This document shows positions 1 to 9,943 of a stretch of 64,000 nt of DNA, piece by piece. A program made the translations under genes and the position numbers. The notes below the pieces were generated by a model. It ran no database searches. It had not been told where the DNA came from and saw nothing but the letters and a program-made list of their open reading frames with translations. The first letter of the stretch is position 1. Each line of letters begins with the position of its first letter. This DNA comes from Nitrosopumilus sp. (lineage in GTDB: Archaea > Thermoproteota > Nitrososphaeria > Nitrososphaerales > Nitrosopumilaceae): NCBI GenBank assembly GCA_965203315.1, contig OZ241857.1, positions 896,001 through 960,000 on the forward strand, in the 5' to 3' direction.

Positions 1-1415
1 ATAAAAGAGAATTTTGCGATCGGAACGAGTTCAGCAAATATTGCGTCTTCCTCATTTGCTGTATCTTGTTGGACCCATAAAGTATATGTGTCGATCAAGC
101 TATAGATGACCTTGTCTTCAAATATCCGTACATGATTCAGTTCAGACTCGTCATGCGCAGCAGGCAACACCTTGACGTTGAACGCCAATACGACACCTAG
201 ATGTCTATCTTTATCTTTTATTGCCTTTGCCTCGACGACATCATGTCTAGTAACTGGTCCAATGTCTGCCTTGGATACAGGAATATGAGCATTCTTTAAC
301 ATCGAGAGTATGGCCTCCAAAGAGCCAATAGTATCACACTTTAGTATTACGCCACTGGTCTCAGTATCCACAAAGACGTGTTCCATCTCTGACTCGATCA
401 GTTTGACATATCTCTGAATCTCGTTGTTGTTTGTTGCAACATAGAATGTACTGCCGGGCAGAACGCCTTGGAGATCAGACGATGCAATCTTGATACCAGC
501 AGCTGCTGATACCTTGGGAACGGTAAGAAATTTGTCTCTAGGATCGCGCATCTCATCTAGTGGTTTGGGTAACAGAATCGCCTTTGGCTTCGTAACTACA
601 ACAGAGTCTCGCTTTGCAACTATAATACTATCCTCTCTCTTTATTACACCGTCGATCAGAATAACATTTGCAGTCTGACCTAGACCCACATCGTCGTTTA
701 CTTCGAGTACTATACCTCGAGTATCCTTTGCGCTCTGATCCAATCGCTTCTGGAGGTACTGCTGTGTCAGTCCGACCAGTACGCCAAGTAGTTCAGGTAT
801 ACCAACACCAGAACGAGCAGATAATGGAACAATGGCAATCTCTGATTTAAAGTCCTTGACTCGATAGAACGCTTCTGATCTGTATCCCAGTATGGATAGA
901 GTTCCAACGACGTCGTATATCTTTTGATCTAGATCTGCTTGGATCGATGCATCTTGTTCTTTTATAACTTGAGATATGAACCGACTCTCGGATTTGCGCC
1001 ATCCCGATATCTGATCACATTTGTTCAGAGCTACAACAAATGGAACCTTTCTGCTCTGTAGTATTGTAAGACTCTCATTCGTCTGTTGCTGAAATCCACG
1101 ATTTACATCGACTACAAGAATTGCAATGTCAGCTGCAGAGCCACCACGAGATCGGAGATTTGTAAAGACCTCATGTCCAGGCGTATCTATAACTAGTATG
1201 CCTGGAATCTGCGTCTCTGATTTACCGAGCTGTTTGTAGAGTGGACCGCACTGCTCTTGTATAGTACTGGTTGGAAGAAAGCTTGCGCCAATATGTTGTG
1301 TTATGCCACCTGCTTCGCGACCTTGGACACCTGTACCACGAATCTTGTCTAACAGTGACGTCTTGCCAGAGTCTACATGACCTAAAACTGCCACAATGGG
1401 CTGACGGATATACAA
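1..1415 (-). CDS. infB: translation initiation factor aIF5B/IF-2 (3' end runs off the window)
   Basis: Manual translation from TTG at 1415 gives LYIRQPIVAVLGHVDSGKTSLLDKIRGT...AGGITQHIGA, then DTPGHE and NKCD GTPase motifs; follows ndk as usual in archaea. Confidence 0.95.
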   Translation of the reverse strand, partial: MYIRQPIVAVLGHVDSGKTSLLDKIRGTGVQGREAGGITQHIGASFLPTSTIQEQCGPLYKQLGKSETQIPGILVIDTPGHEVFTNLRSRGGSAADIAILVVDVNRGFQQQTNESLTILQSRKVPFVVALNKCDQISGWRKSESRFISQVIKEQDASIQADLDQKIYDVVGTLSILGYRSEAFYRVKDFKSEIAIVPLSARSGVGIPELLGVLVGLTQQYLQKRLDQSAKDTRGIVLEVNDDVGLGQTANVILIDGVIKREDSIIVAKRDSVVVTKPKAILLPKPLDEMRDPRDKFLTVPKVSAAAGIKIASSDLQGVLPGSTFYVATNNNEIQRYVKLIESEMEHVFVDTETSGVILKCDTIGSLEAILSMLKNAHIPVSKADIGPVTRHDVVEAKAIKDKDRHLGVVLAFNVKVLPAAHDESELNHVRIFEDKVIYSLIDTYTLWVQQDTANEEDAIFAELVPIAKFSF

Positions 1416-1421
1416 GATATA

Positions 1422-1823
1422 TCACTCAAATGCGACCCTCGATTCGTGTTCAAAGCTTTGTTGTGAATCTGATGCGTGGATGATGTTATCGCTGAATCCG
1501 AGTCCATAGTCACCACGTATAGAACCAGGGTCTGCTTCAAATGACTTTGTTGCACCAATCATGATACGAGTGGTAGCAACTGCGTTGTTTCCCTGAATTA
1601 TTGCTGCAACTATGGGCCCTGACGTGATAAACGACACCAACTCTTCAAAGAAAGGTTTGTCTTTATGTACATTGTAAAAGTTGGTTGCTTGGTCTCGGGT
1701 AAATCTGAACATCTTGAGTTTGACTAGTGTAAATCCCTTGTCCTCAAATCGAGCAATGATCTTACCTACAAGCTTGCGCGATACAGCATCAGGCTTTATG
1801 ATGAATAGTGTCTGTTGAGTCAT
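1422..1823 (-). CDS. ndk: nucleoside diphosphate kinase
   Basis: IIKPDAV, PGSIRGDY and NIIHASDS motifs. Confidence 0.97.
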   Translation of the reverse strand: MTQQTLFIIKPDAVSRKLVGKIIARFEDKGFTLVKLKMFRFTRDQATNFYNVHKDKPFFEELVSFITSGPIVAAIIQGNNAVATTRIMIGATKSFEADPGSIRGDYGLGFSDNIIHASDSQQSFEHESRVAFE

Positions 1824-1826
1824 AGA

Positions 1827-2027
1827 CTACTTTCTCCTGATTCCACCCTTGACATATTTTTTAGTCCACTTTAGTCTTCGCGGATCACGTTTGAGTTTTA
1901 GAGCATTCTTTTTACATTTTGCAGAACAGAACCACAATAGTGATCCATCGTTCTTTGCAAGAAGTGTTCCAGATCCTTTGGCAACAGGTCTATCACAGAA
2001 ACTACACGGCTTTACTAATAAACTCAA
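1827..2027 (-). CDS. rpl24e: 50S ribosomal protein L24e
   Basis: CSFC...GSG...FCSAKC zinc motif, PRRLKWT. Confidence 0.95.
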   Translation of the reverse strand: MSLLVKPCSFCDRPVAKGSGTLLAKNDGSLLWFCSAKCKKNALKLKRDPRRLKWTKKYVKGGIRRK

Positions 2028-2037
2028 TATCGATCAC

Positions 2038-2250
2038 CTACTTTATCTTCTTGGCTTCACGCTCTGTCTCACGTAGCATCAAGATCTCACCGAGTCGAAT
2101 AGAGCCCTTTACGTTTCGTGTGAGTATTCGTCCCTTGTCTTTGCCAGTCAGGATCTTGACTCGAACTTGAATAACCTCACCAGCTATTCCTGTACGACCG
2201 ACTATCTGAATGATCTCAGATTGGATTACTTCTTCAGTAGTTGCGCTCAT
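2038..2250 (-). CDS. rps28e: 30S ribosomal protein S28e
   Basis: GRTG...QVRV...RNVKG...ETEREA signature. Confidence 0.96.
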   Translation of the reverse strand: MSATTEEVIQSEIIQIVGRTGIAGEVIQVRVKILTGKDKGRILTRNVKGSIRLGEILMLRETEREAKKIK

Positions 2251-2633
2251 TGGTCAGTCTTGCCACCTTTGATCTTTTCTATGGATGATACAATCTCATC
2301 TACGATATGTTGAGCGTCTCCAGCGTCCAATATTGCAGCTGCGGCAGATGTTATATCAATTCCTAACGATTTGCCTAGATCTTGTTTGGTTGGCACAAAT
2401 GCGAATGCCATACCTTGCTCTTCACATAGTATTGGAAGATGTGCTACCACCTCTGGCGGTTCAACGTCTTCTGCGATTACAACTAGTTTACTGATTCCAC
2501 GTTCTATCGCTTTGGTTGCCTCGTTGGTGCCCTTTTTTACCTTGCCACTAGTAGACGCTATACGAACTGCCTCCAAGATTGGACTAACTAGATCTTGAGG
2601 TGTCTCAAACTTTACATAATATCCTTTTGCCAT
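2247..2633 (-). CDS. rpl7ae: 50S ribosomal protein L7Ae
   Basis: [28 protein letters not shown]. Confidence 0.97.
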   Translation of the reverse strand: MAKGYYVKFETPQDLVSPILEAVRIASTSGKVKKGTNEATKAIERGISKLVVIAEDVEPPEVVAHLPILCEEQGMAFAFVPTKQDLGKSLGIDITSAAAAILDAGDAQHIVDEIVSSIEKIKGGKTDQ

Positions 2634-2638
2634 ACTTT

Positions 2639-2663
2639 GTCACCCTTGGGTTCATTCTTCATT
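2639..2663 (-). promoter_or_regulatory. putative kink-turn-like L7Ae autoregulatory element overlapping the SD of rpl7ae
   Basis: 5' UTR reads GAAU-GA-ACCCAAGGGU-GA-C: tandem GA pairs closing an ACC/GGU stem, with GGGUGA 7 nt before the AUG; the canonical stem is weak. Confidence 0.5.
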
Positions 2664-2702
2664 TATTACGTCTTTTAATTTGGTTTTAAAAGTGTTGTTA
2701 GG

Positions 2703-2780
2703 AACTCGGTATGAGAGACCGGGGTTGTCGCCAGTAACAAGCATGTAGAAATAAGGAAAGGCTGATCTCGATACCCGAGG
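2703..2780. ncRNA. candidate small structured RNA (unclassified)
   Basis: GC-rich intergenic patch; CTCGGTATGAGA (2705-2716) can pair with TCTCGATACCCGAG (2766-2779); ATGAGA and CTGA resemble C and D boxes. Confidence 0.25.
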
Positions 2781-2784
2781 TATA

Positions 2785-3006
2785 CTAGAGACATAGTTGC
2801 TTGTAAACATTGTGCAGTTTCATCAAAACCTCGTCATTGTCTGCAATTTGTTTTTTAAGAGACTCTATGGTCTCGTCTTGTTCTTTGCTAATACGCTTTA
2901 GATGTGCTAACTGCTTAGCCAATGCTTGTTCCTCTGCATCTAGTGTGGCCACTCGATCCTGATCTGCAAGAGTCTTAGACATGACTCTATCTAGTAAAAG
3001 CAACAT
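2785..3006 (-). CDS. small coiled-coil hypothetical protein
   Basis: 73-aa ORF with heptad pattern; no recognised family. Confidence 0.55.
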   Translation of the reverse strand: MLLLLDRVMSKTLADQDRVATLDAEEQALAKQLAHLKRISKEQDETIESLKKQIADNDEVLMKLHNVYKQLCL

Positions 3007-3662
3007 TTATCATAGAATGTCTCATAAAGTTGTCCTTTTGGTGTTTATTTCTTGACCTAATATCTTGAATTTTTCTCATTAGAACCTCATATAGAAAATG
3101 ATTTCCGTCTAAGACAGTCTAAGACAGATCATATATGCGAATATTGTAATCCATGGATGACACAGAGATCAGTCAGATTAACTTGCACACCCAATAGGAA
3201 CATGTACTAGTTCTTTACCACCTCGCAACGTTTCTATGGAAATTGCCGTGATCAGTGTGAATAACGCAAACGCCAAACGTACAAAATATCTCGTAGAGAA
3301 GAGTATTGACAAATGTTATCCGATCGAGAGTTCGAGGTTGCTTGCACATATTCAAATTTCTCATAAATATAGGACAGTTTTGATCTTTTTAGTTGATGCC
3401 AATACTCCATCATTGTTGAGTTGTTTGTTCTATCGCATAGTTCAAAGTATCGTTCTCCATTCTATTCTATTGCTCCATAGATTACCATTTTGCGGGAGGA
3501 CGAGCAGTTAGCTCGACAACGATCTTGATGTGTTTTGAGTATGATAATATATGCAATTTATATAGATTTATGAATAAGAAAAAAATGTGTCTAATTTGGC
3601 TTACCATTATGTCAACTTTATTTTTTGATCTGTGTAAATACCATTACATAACTCTGAATGTC

Positions 3663-3884
3663 ATGTCGCAATCAGAGAGGAAGATGCTTCTAGGAGAACT
3701 AGATAGAGTGCGTGATCAATTAGATGACATAGATGAGAGAACTCGTATAGCATTCGATATGATCGAATGGCAGAACGGCATCATATTACAACAAGACCTA
3801 CAAATTGTAGAACTGGAAAGGAAAATGCCAGATGGAGGTCAATCAACTCGATGTGATCCACAGACGTGTACGTATGTAAAATAG
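3663..3884 (+). CDS. small coiled-coil hypothetical protein
   Basis: Probable start ATG 3663 (MSQSERKMLLGELDRV...); the upstream part of the 3525 ORF looks non-coding. Confidence 0.55.
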   Translation: MSQSERKMLLGELDRVRDQLDDIDERTRIAFDMIEWQNGIILQQDLQIVELERKMPDGGQSTRCDPQTCTYVK

Positions 3885-4032
3885 AACCAAAAATCATAAC
3901 AAAAGATGTCCAAAGAACCTTAGATAGTCTCCGTTGAGATTAGTGACTGTGATTGAGGCTATGATTCTTGTACTTTGATATGACGCGATATTCTACTCGC
4001 CTGTCGATCTCACAGACGATCATACAGTGAAT

Positions 4033-5382
4033 CTATTGTTTACAGATGAGTGATCTGACTAGACTGGTATATTCAGCCATGATAGAGTCGAGTCTGTCTC
4101 TAGTTGCAGCCTCGGCATATATACGAAGTATAGGCTCTGTTCCACTAGGTCGTATCATCACCCAAGTATCAGAGTCCAGAGTGATCTTGATACCGTCGGT
4201 ATTATCTGCAGATGGGTACTCTTCTTCGAGTGCAGTAAAGATTAGAGGTATCATAGATTGCGTACATGGAATCTTGTCTTTGGTCGTGAACGATGCTGGA
4301 AGATCATCCACTATATCTGCCAATGATCTCTCAGTAGTGGCCAGTGTCTCAAGTACTAGTCCCAGAGTCATGCAGCCGTCTCTAACACAGTTGTGTGGAC
4401 CGTACATAAATCCACCATTCTCCTCAAATCCGATCAGAGCTGATTCTTTCGTCATGGTACGTGATATCTCGACGCTTCCAACCTTTGTTCGAATAACTTT
4501 GGAACCAAATGTTCTAGAGATGTGATCTATGCCAGACCCAGAGTTGAGACCAGTAACTATAGTGCCATTAGGACTCGCTTTCAAGATGTGTTGTACCAAG
4601 ACTAGAGCAGACTTGTCACCAGTCAGTATAGTACCTGTACTGTCACACAGTATGCTACGATCTCCATCTCCGTCAAACGCAATACCGAGATCAGATAGAG
4701 TCCTGGTTACTGTACTTGATAAATCCTCAAGGTTTTCAGGAGTGGGTTCGGAACCACGTCCGCCAAAGTCACCATCGATGTTGTCATTTATGACGTGTAT
4801 GTCACATCCAAGTAGATCACACAACTTGGGTGCAGCAACGGCTTGCGCACCATTTCCCAGATCTAGAACGACCTTGAATCTCTTTGACATGATAGAACTT
4901 TGATCTACACGTCTCAAGACTCCATCGAGATAGGTTTGTACGGCTCTAGACTCGGAGCTGGTCGTTCCCCATCTTTTAGGATGTAGCCAACTCTTACTGT
5001 CGTATATGGATTCTATAGTATTCTCGTCGTCTCGCGATATCTCGACACCATCGGCGGCCACTAGTTTGATACCGTTATACTGTGGAGGATTATGCGATGC
5101 TGTAATCATTACACCACCAGTATATCCCAACTGTTTTACTGCATACTCTAGACAGGGTGTAGGAACTAGACCCGCTATGCTACAATCGACCCCGATGCTG
5201 TTTAATGTACTGGTTACTAGTTTTGTCAAGAGTGGACTAGAGTGTCTTCCGTCATATCCTACCAGGATTGGTCCGTTGCCAAAGAATGTACCTATAGCAA
5301 GAGTGATATCATGAACAAACTCTAGTGAGAGGTCTCTACCAAATACACCACGTATACCGTTTGTTCCAAAGAATCTTGCCAC
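4033..5382 (-). CDS. glmM: phosphoglucosamine mutase / phosphomannomutase family
   Basis: FGTNGIRG, TASHNP, DGDGDR and RPSGTEP motifs. Confidence 0.9.
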   Translation of the reverse strand: MARFFGTNGIRGVFGRDLSLEFVHDITLAIGTFFGNGPILVGYDGRHSSPLLTKLVTSTLNSIGVDCSIAGLVPTPCLEYAVKQLGYTGGVMITASHNPPQYNGIKLVAADGVEISRDDENTIESIYDSKSWLHPKRWGTTSSESRAVQTYLDGVLRRVDQSSIMSKRFKVVLDLGNGAQAVAAPKLCDLLGCDIHVINDNIDGDFGGRGSEPTPENLEDLSSTVTRTLSDLGIAFDGDGDRSILCDSTGTILTGDKSALVLVQHILKASPNGTIVTGLNSGSGIDHISRTFGSKVIRTKVGSVEISRTMTKESALIGFEENGGFMYGPHNCVRDGCMTLGLVLETLATTERSLADIVDDLPASFTTKDKIPCTQSMIPLIFTALEEEYPSADNTDGIKITLDSDTWVMIRPSGTEPILRIYAEAATRDRLDSIMAEYTSLVRSLICKQ

Positions 5383-5429
5383 AAATATCTTACAACAGAG
5401 ATAAATTTGTGTCTAGTGTCAATACGATT

Positions 5430-5517
5430 GCGGGAGTCGCCCAGCCTGGCCAAAGGCGTAGGGCTTAGGACCCTATCTCTAAGGAGTTCGTGGGTTCAAA
5501 TCCCACCTTCCGCACCA
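5430..5517 (+). tRNA. tRNA-Leu(TAG), CCA encoded
   Basis: GCGGGAG acceptor / CTTCCGC-A-CCA, anticodon arm TAGGG-CT-TAG-GA-CCCTA, long variable arm, GTTCAAATC T-loop. Confidence 0.96.
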
Positions 5518-5731
5518 CAAATTATCTATAGATATACACTCTGATCTCGAGGAATATTGATTCTGTGTCAACGGCTACATGTCAGGTTTAGTGGCCAATA
5601 TCTCGTAATACGATGCAATGGGATGCAATCGGATGCAACGCATACGCCACAGCTACAATAGATATCACTAGTTGAATATCTATTAATCACTAATCATTAA
5701 TCATTAATAATCAATACCATGTCAAATCTAC

Positions 5732-6556
5732 ATGAAGGTTGGGATCACAGTTGTTGGTAAAGATAGAGAAGGTATAGTAGCAGCATTTACAAAGTTTGTA
5801 TTTTCGAAGAATGGGAACATTGAAAAGATAAATCAGAATGTAATCAAGGGACTCTTTGGTATGTATCTAGAGGCATCTTTTACAGATATCGACTTTGATA
5901 GATTTGAGTCAGACATACAACGACTCGCAAAAAAAGAGAGTATGGATGTCAGCACGCATCACGAGACAGATACTCAAAAGAACATTGCAGTATTTGTTAC
6001 TAAAGAACCACGTTGCCTCAATACCCTATTAGACAATGCAGGACAGCTCAAAGGCAAGATTGCGGTCATAGTCGGAACCGAAGATACGCTCAGATACATC
6101 GCAGAGAATCGAGATGTTCCATTTGTGTTAGTAGAAGAGAAGGATCAATGTATAGCTGAAGAGCGGTTGATGAATATATGTAGAGAGTATGACATAGACT
6201 TGATAGTCCTTGCAAGATACATGCGAATCCTAACTCCAAACTTTGTCTGGAGGTATCCCAACAGAGTCATCAATATTCATCCATCACTACTTCCTGCATT
6301 TCCTGGCGCGCTAGCATACGAGCAAGCATATGAGCGAGGGACAAAGATTGTTGGCGTAACATCTCACTATGTTACAGAGAACTTGGATCAGGGACCGATA
6401 ATATTACAAGACTCGTTCAAGGTAGACCCTGACGACTCACTAGACGAGATAAAGACGAGAGGTCAGAGATTAGAAGCAAAGACTCTACTCAAGGCAGTAA
6501 TGTTACACCTAGAGAATAGGCTCGATGTTCGCTGGAGAAAGGTTCACGCAAAGTGA
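5732..6556 (+). CDS. purU: formyltetrahydrofolate deformylase
   Basis: N-terminal ACT domain, LARYMRIL, INIHPSLLPAFPGA, LDQGPII. Confidence 0.93.
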   Translation: MKVGITVVGKDREGIVAAFTKFVFSKNGNIEKINQNVIKGLFGMYLEASFTDIDFDRFESDIQRLAKKESMDVSTHHETDTQKNIAVFVTKEPRCLNTLLDNAGQLKGKIAVIVGTEDTLRYIAENRDVPFVLVEEKDQCIAEERLMNICREYDIDLIVLARYMRILTPNFVWRYPNRVINIHPSLLPAFPGALAYEQAYERGTKIVGVTSHYVTENLDQGPIILQDSFKVDPDDSLDEIKTRGQRLEAKTLLKAVMLHLENRLDVRWRKVHAK

Positions 6557-7275
6557 GTCACATGGATATCACATCAAGATTTGATCCACAGTTACGAGAA
6601 GAGATATCTAGTATAGGTGCAGCAGTGATCCCAGTTGGTGCAATAGAACAACATGGTCCACATCTACCTGTATCGACAGATACAGATATAGTACAAGAGA
6701 TATCTCGTCGTGTTGCAAAACGCTGTAAATTTTTACTACTACCTACAGTGTCATATGGTGTATCGTTTGAACATGCACCATTCTTCAATCTAAGCATTCG
6801 CAGCTCAACTCTACGTACTGTCCTACATGATCTGTGTATCTCGCTACTAGACAACAACACAAGTACAGTCTTTATCATCAATGGACATCACGGAAATCAG
6901 AGATCCATATCAGGTTTGGAGGCTAGACTAAAGAAGGACTCGGGTGGCAGATTGAACGTGTATGTTTTATCATACTGGCACTTTATGAGATGTACCTTTG
7001 ATCATGCAGGGTTTGTCGAGACCTCGTTGATGTTGGCCATATCAGACAAGGTCAAGATGAGTAAGGCAAGAGTTGGACTCGACACCAGTGGGATGACAGA
7101 TATGGAGATCAAACGATTAAGCAAGTTGGCCACAAGATCGTTTATTACAGCAACCGGCAACGGGGTATGGGGCGATCCTCGATCAGCAACCAAGCGAGAT
7201 GGAGAGTTGATCTTGGCCGAGCTAGTTCGAAATATCACCAAAGAGTGTAAGACTCGCGTCAACGATCGCATATAA
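6553..7275 (+). CDS. creatininase-family amidohydrolase
   Basis: PVGAIEQHGPHLP..TD, NGHHGN, HAG..ETS motifs. Confidence 0.9.
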   Translation: MSHMDITSRFDPQLREEISSIGAAVIPVGAIEQHGPHLPVSTDTDIVQEISRRVAKRCKFLLLPTVSYGVSFEHAPFFNLSIRSSTLRTVLHDLCISLLDNNTSTVFIINGHHGNQRSISGLEARLKKDSGGRLNVYVLSYWHFMRCTFDHAGFVETSLMLAISDKVKMSKARVGLDTSGMTDMEIKRLSKLATRSFITATGNGVWGDPRSATKRDGELILAELVRNITKECKTRVNDRI

Positions 7276-7330
7276 GCAGACCAAGAAATTTTAATATAAT
7301 AGCAATACATCAAATCAATGAGTGAGATAG

Positions 7331-7558
7331 ATGTCCGTTGATATGGCAGTTAAAGTGCTAGATGAGAGTATCAGTCAAGTAGTATTGATAAAGCTCAAAG
7401 GTGGTAAGACCATTAGAGGAAACCTCTCTGGTTTTGATCAACATATGAATCTGTTACTAGATGCTTCAGAAGAGATTCCTGTTGAAGGGGATGCCAAGAC
7501 TCTTGGTTCGATCGTAGTACGCGGTGACAATGTGGTGATGATATCACCTGCTGTATAG
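7331..7558 (+). CDS. Sm-like (LSm) RNA-binding protein
   Basis: GFDQHMNLLL and VRGDNVV Sm1/Sm2 motifs; upstream of rpl37e as usual. Confidence 0.95.
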   Translation: MSVDMAVKVLDESISQVVLIKLKGGKTIRGNLSGFDQHMNLLLDASEEIPVEGDAKTLGSIVVRGDNVVMISPAV

Positions 7559-7570
7559 GTAGTGATCTAG

Positions 7571-7738
7571 ATGGTTAAAGGTACAACCTCCATGGGAGGA
7601 TTTACGAGGAAAAAGGTCCACGTGAGATGTAGACGGTGTGGTAAGAATTCGTTACACAAACGCCATGGCCGATGTGCAAGTTGTGGATTTCCAGACGCCA
7701 AGCGCCGCAAGTATTCATGGATCAAATGGTATGCATAA
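7571..7738 (+). CDS. rpl37e: 50S ribosomal protein L37e (55 aa, not in ORF track)
   Basis: Manual translation [10 protein letters not shown]...[13 protein letters not shown]...CASCGFP. Confidence 0.95.
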   Translation: MVKGTTSMGGFTRKKVHVRCRRCGKNSLHKRHGRCASCGFPDAKRRKYSWIKWYA

Positions 7739-8770
7739 ATGCAAGAGATTACTATTCTTCTAGGTTCATTAGCAGGTATTGCAACTGCAATAGCAGTAAG
7801 ACGTAGACCAAAGATACAGTTACAGAGTCTTGGCGCTAGCTCGCAGATCAGATCTCAGATCACATCATTAAAGATTGAGCGCGACATACTAACCAAAACC
7901 ATATCTAGACTATACGAGAGTGACGATATATCATCAAATATTCAAAAGGACAAGCTCTTGACAAAGTATCAACACCAGTTAGGTATAATCCTTGCAAGAA
8001 TTGAAAAACTAGAACAAGCTAGTGAACATCCAGATCTTGGACCTGTAGGTGACGGATTGATCACGTTGATGGATCAAAAACTAGCAAGACTCGATGAACG
8101 GTTGTACGAGATATCATCAAGGATTGCATCCCAAACGCACAAAGAGTCCACAGATGTACAATCAAAAGCAGAAAAACCAGAGACACGAGTAGAGACAAAA
8201 TCGGTTGTACAGTCAAAGACACATAGAGAGGTACAGACAAAATCAGAAAATGTACACAAGGTACAGATAGATGTACATAAAGAGGTACAGACAGAGACAC
8301 CACCGACGATTGATAATACAAGATCGAGACCAAAACAGTCGTTCGAGATTACAACGCTTACAAATATTCCACACGCCAAGCTTGAGACACCCAATATACC
8401 AGAACGTCTCACAGATGCAAAGAACGACATAAAGCTAGTTCCAGATACTCCCAAGATCAAAAAGGATGACATAAAACACGAGATTCTAAGTACGACGATT
8501 GTACCGAATGTCACTATACCGCAGACTAGTGAGAACGTAAAGGTACTAAAGCCCAGTAAGCCCAAAGTTACAGAAGAGACAGAATCTAAGAGACAAGACC
8601 AATCAAGTAAAAAGACAGAAGACATTACACACGATGCTAGAGACTATACCACAGATGACGATCCACTTGATAAGCTAGATGATGACTCTCTAGACGATAT
8701 TACATTAGAAGATATGCAAAAGAATATCGCAAAGATACTATCGGATCTAGATCAAGCAGAGGTAGAGTAA
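7739..8770 (+). CDS. membrane-anchored coiled-coil protein with low-complexity T/K/E linker
   Basis: N-terminal TM helix, coiled coil, acidic C-terminus ending LDQAEVE; abuts rpl37e and rpiA. Confidence 0.8.
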   Translation: MQEITILLGSLAGIATAIAVRRRPKIQLQSLGASSQIRSQITSLKIERDILTKTISRLYESDDISSNIQKDKLLTKYQHQLGIILARIEKLEQASEHPDLGPVGDGLITLMDQKLARLDERLYEISSRIASQTHKESTDVQSKAEKPETRVETKSVVQSKTHREVQTKSENVHKVQIDVHKEVQTETPPTIDNTRSRPKQSFEITTLTNIPHAKLETPNIPERLTDAKNDIKLVPDTPKIKKDDIKHEILSTTIVPNVTIPQTSENVKVLKPSKPKVTEETESKRQDQSSKKTEDITHDARDYTTDDDPLDKLDDDSLDDITLEDMQKNIAKILSDLDQAEVE

Positions 8771-9460
8771 TTGTCATATGATAGTGCCATAAAGGCACTC
8801 TCTAGAGTTGCGTTACGATACGTACAAGACAATACCATAGTTGGTCTAGGCAGTGGCAGAGCCGCTACATCACTAACCACTGCACTTGCAGAATATACTG
8901 CAAAGAATAGATATCACGTAACCTGTGTTCCAACTTCACTGCAGATCAAGACTGTTGCAGAAGAGTTGGTAATGAATCTAGTCACTGCAGATCAGATAAG
9001 AGAGATCGATGTGGTATACGATGGTGCAGATCAGATAGACGATGATCTATTTGTGATCAAGGGTGGGGGTGGTGCCCTACTGCGCGAGAATATTCTATTT
9101 GGTCTTGCAAAAAAGATCATAGTTGTAGCAGATGAGACCAAGTTTGTGACAGACCTTTCGAGGCCTGTGCCAGTCGAGGTACATCCTCAAGCAAGAACTC
9201 TGGTTACACAAAAGATTACAGAGATTGGAGGATCAGCAACTCTGCGAACCATGAATCGCGGTTATCCTATATTCACCGAGAATGGAAACATCGTACTAGA
9301 TTGCGACTTTGGTACGATCAGAGATCCTAGAGATCTGACTATCAGGATCAAGCAGATACCAGGAGTACTAGAGTCCGGAATATTCTTGCGTAAACCAGAT
9401 CTAGTATACAGAGCAAAGGCAGATGGCAGTTTTGATACCATAGAACAAACTGTCCGATGA
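8771..9460 (+). CDS. rpiA: ribose-5-phosphate isomerase A
   Basis: GLGSG, DGADQ, KGGGGALLREN motifs. Confidence 0.95.
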   Translation: MSYDSAIKALSRVALRYVQDNTIVGLGSGRAATSLTTALAEYTAKNRYHVTCVPTSLQIKTVAEELVMNLVTADQIREIDVVYDGADQIDDDLFVIKGGGGALLRENILFGLAKKIIVVADETKFVTDLSRPVPVEVHPQARTLVTQKITEIGGSATLRTMNRGYPIFTENGNIVLDCDFGTIRDPRDLTIRIKQIPGVLESGIFLRKPDLVYRAKADGSFDTIEQTVR

Positions 9461-9616
9461 ATGCTCCAATGAATTTGAGTTCTTGATTTGTACTAGTTAC
9501 AAATGCAGTTTTGTGTCTACGAGTAATCGACAGGTTTGAACAGTACATGATCTCAAGCATTGTAAACTTTTATCTCAAGATCGAGATGTATGGTTCACGA
9601 CATTAGACCAACGGTA

Positions 9617-9820
9617 TCATGGTAGCGCAGCCTTGAGATCTAGACACTTTTGATCAAACTCTCCTGTGTATTGTCTACCTAGAAAGGTATCTTTTACCCA
9701 TATCTCACAGGTCTCTGTATCGATTACTCGACCAGTATCATTCAACACTAGTTGTATTACAAGCACCACAGATAGTATACCTATCAGGGTAAGAGGTATT
9801 CGCTTCGATGTAATATCCAT
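9617..9820 (-). CDS. small membrane-anchored hypothetical protein
   Basis: Single TM helix followed by a two-Cys domain. Confidence 0.6.
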   Translation of the reverse strand: MDITSKRIPLTLIGILSVVLVIQLVLNDTGRVIDTETCEIWVKDTFLGRQYTGEFDQKCLDLKAALP

Positions 9821-9943
9821 TGATTGTCTGTATGAATATCCATATCAAAAATCTATTGGATGTGTCAAGTTGCCATGACGTCTAGATGGTTTTTGATGAG
9901 ATGGCTGATTTTTACATTTGAGCACATAAACATGATATTCGTA

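Noticed and set aside
2760-2780. TPP riboswitch (GCTGA...ATACCCG)
   Set aside because: The downstream ACCTGAT/TAAT core is missing and no thiamine gene is adjacent
5612-5645. Short tandem repeats such as GATGCAA, also near 3107, 43717 and 63738
   Set aside because: Two to three short units each, consistent with ordinary slippage
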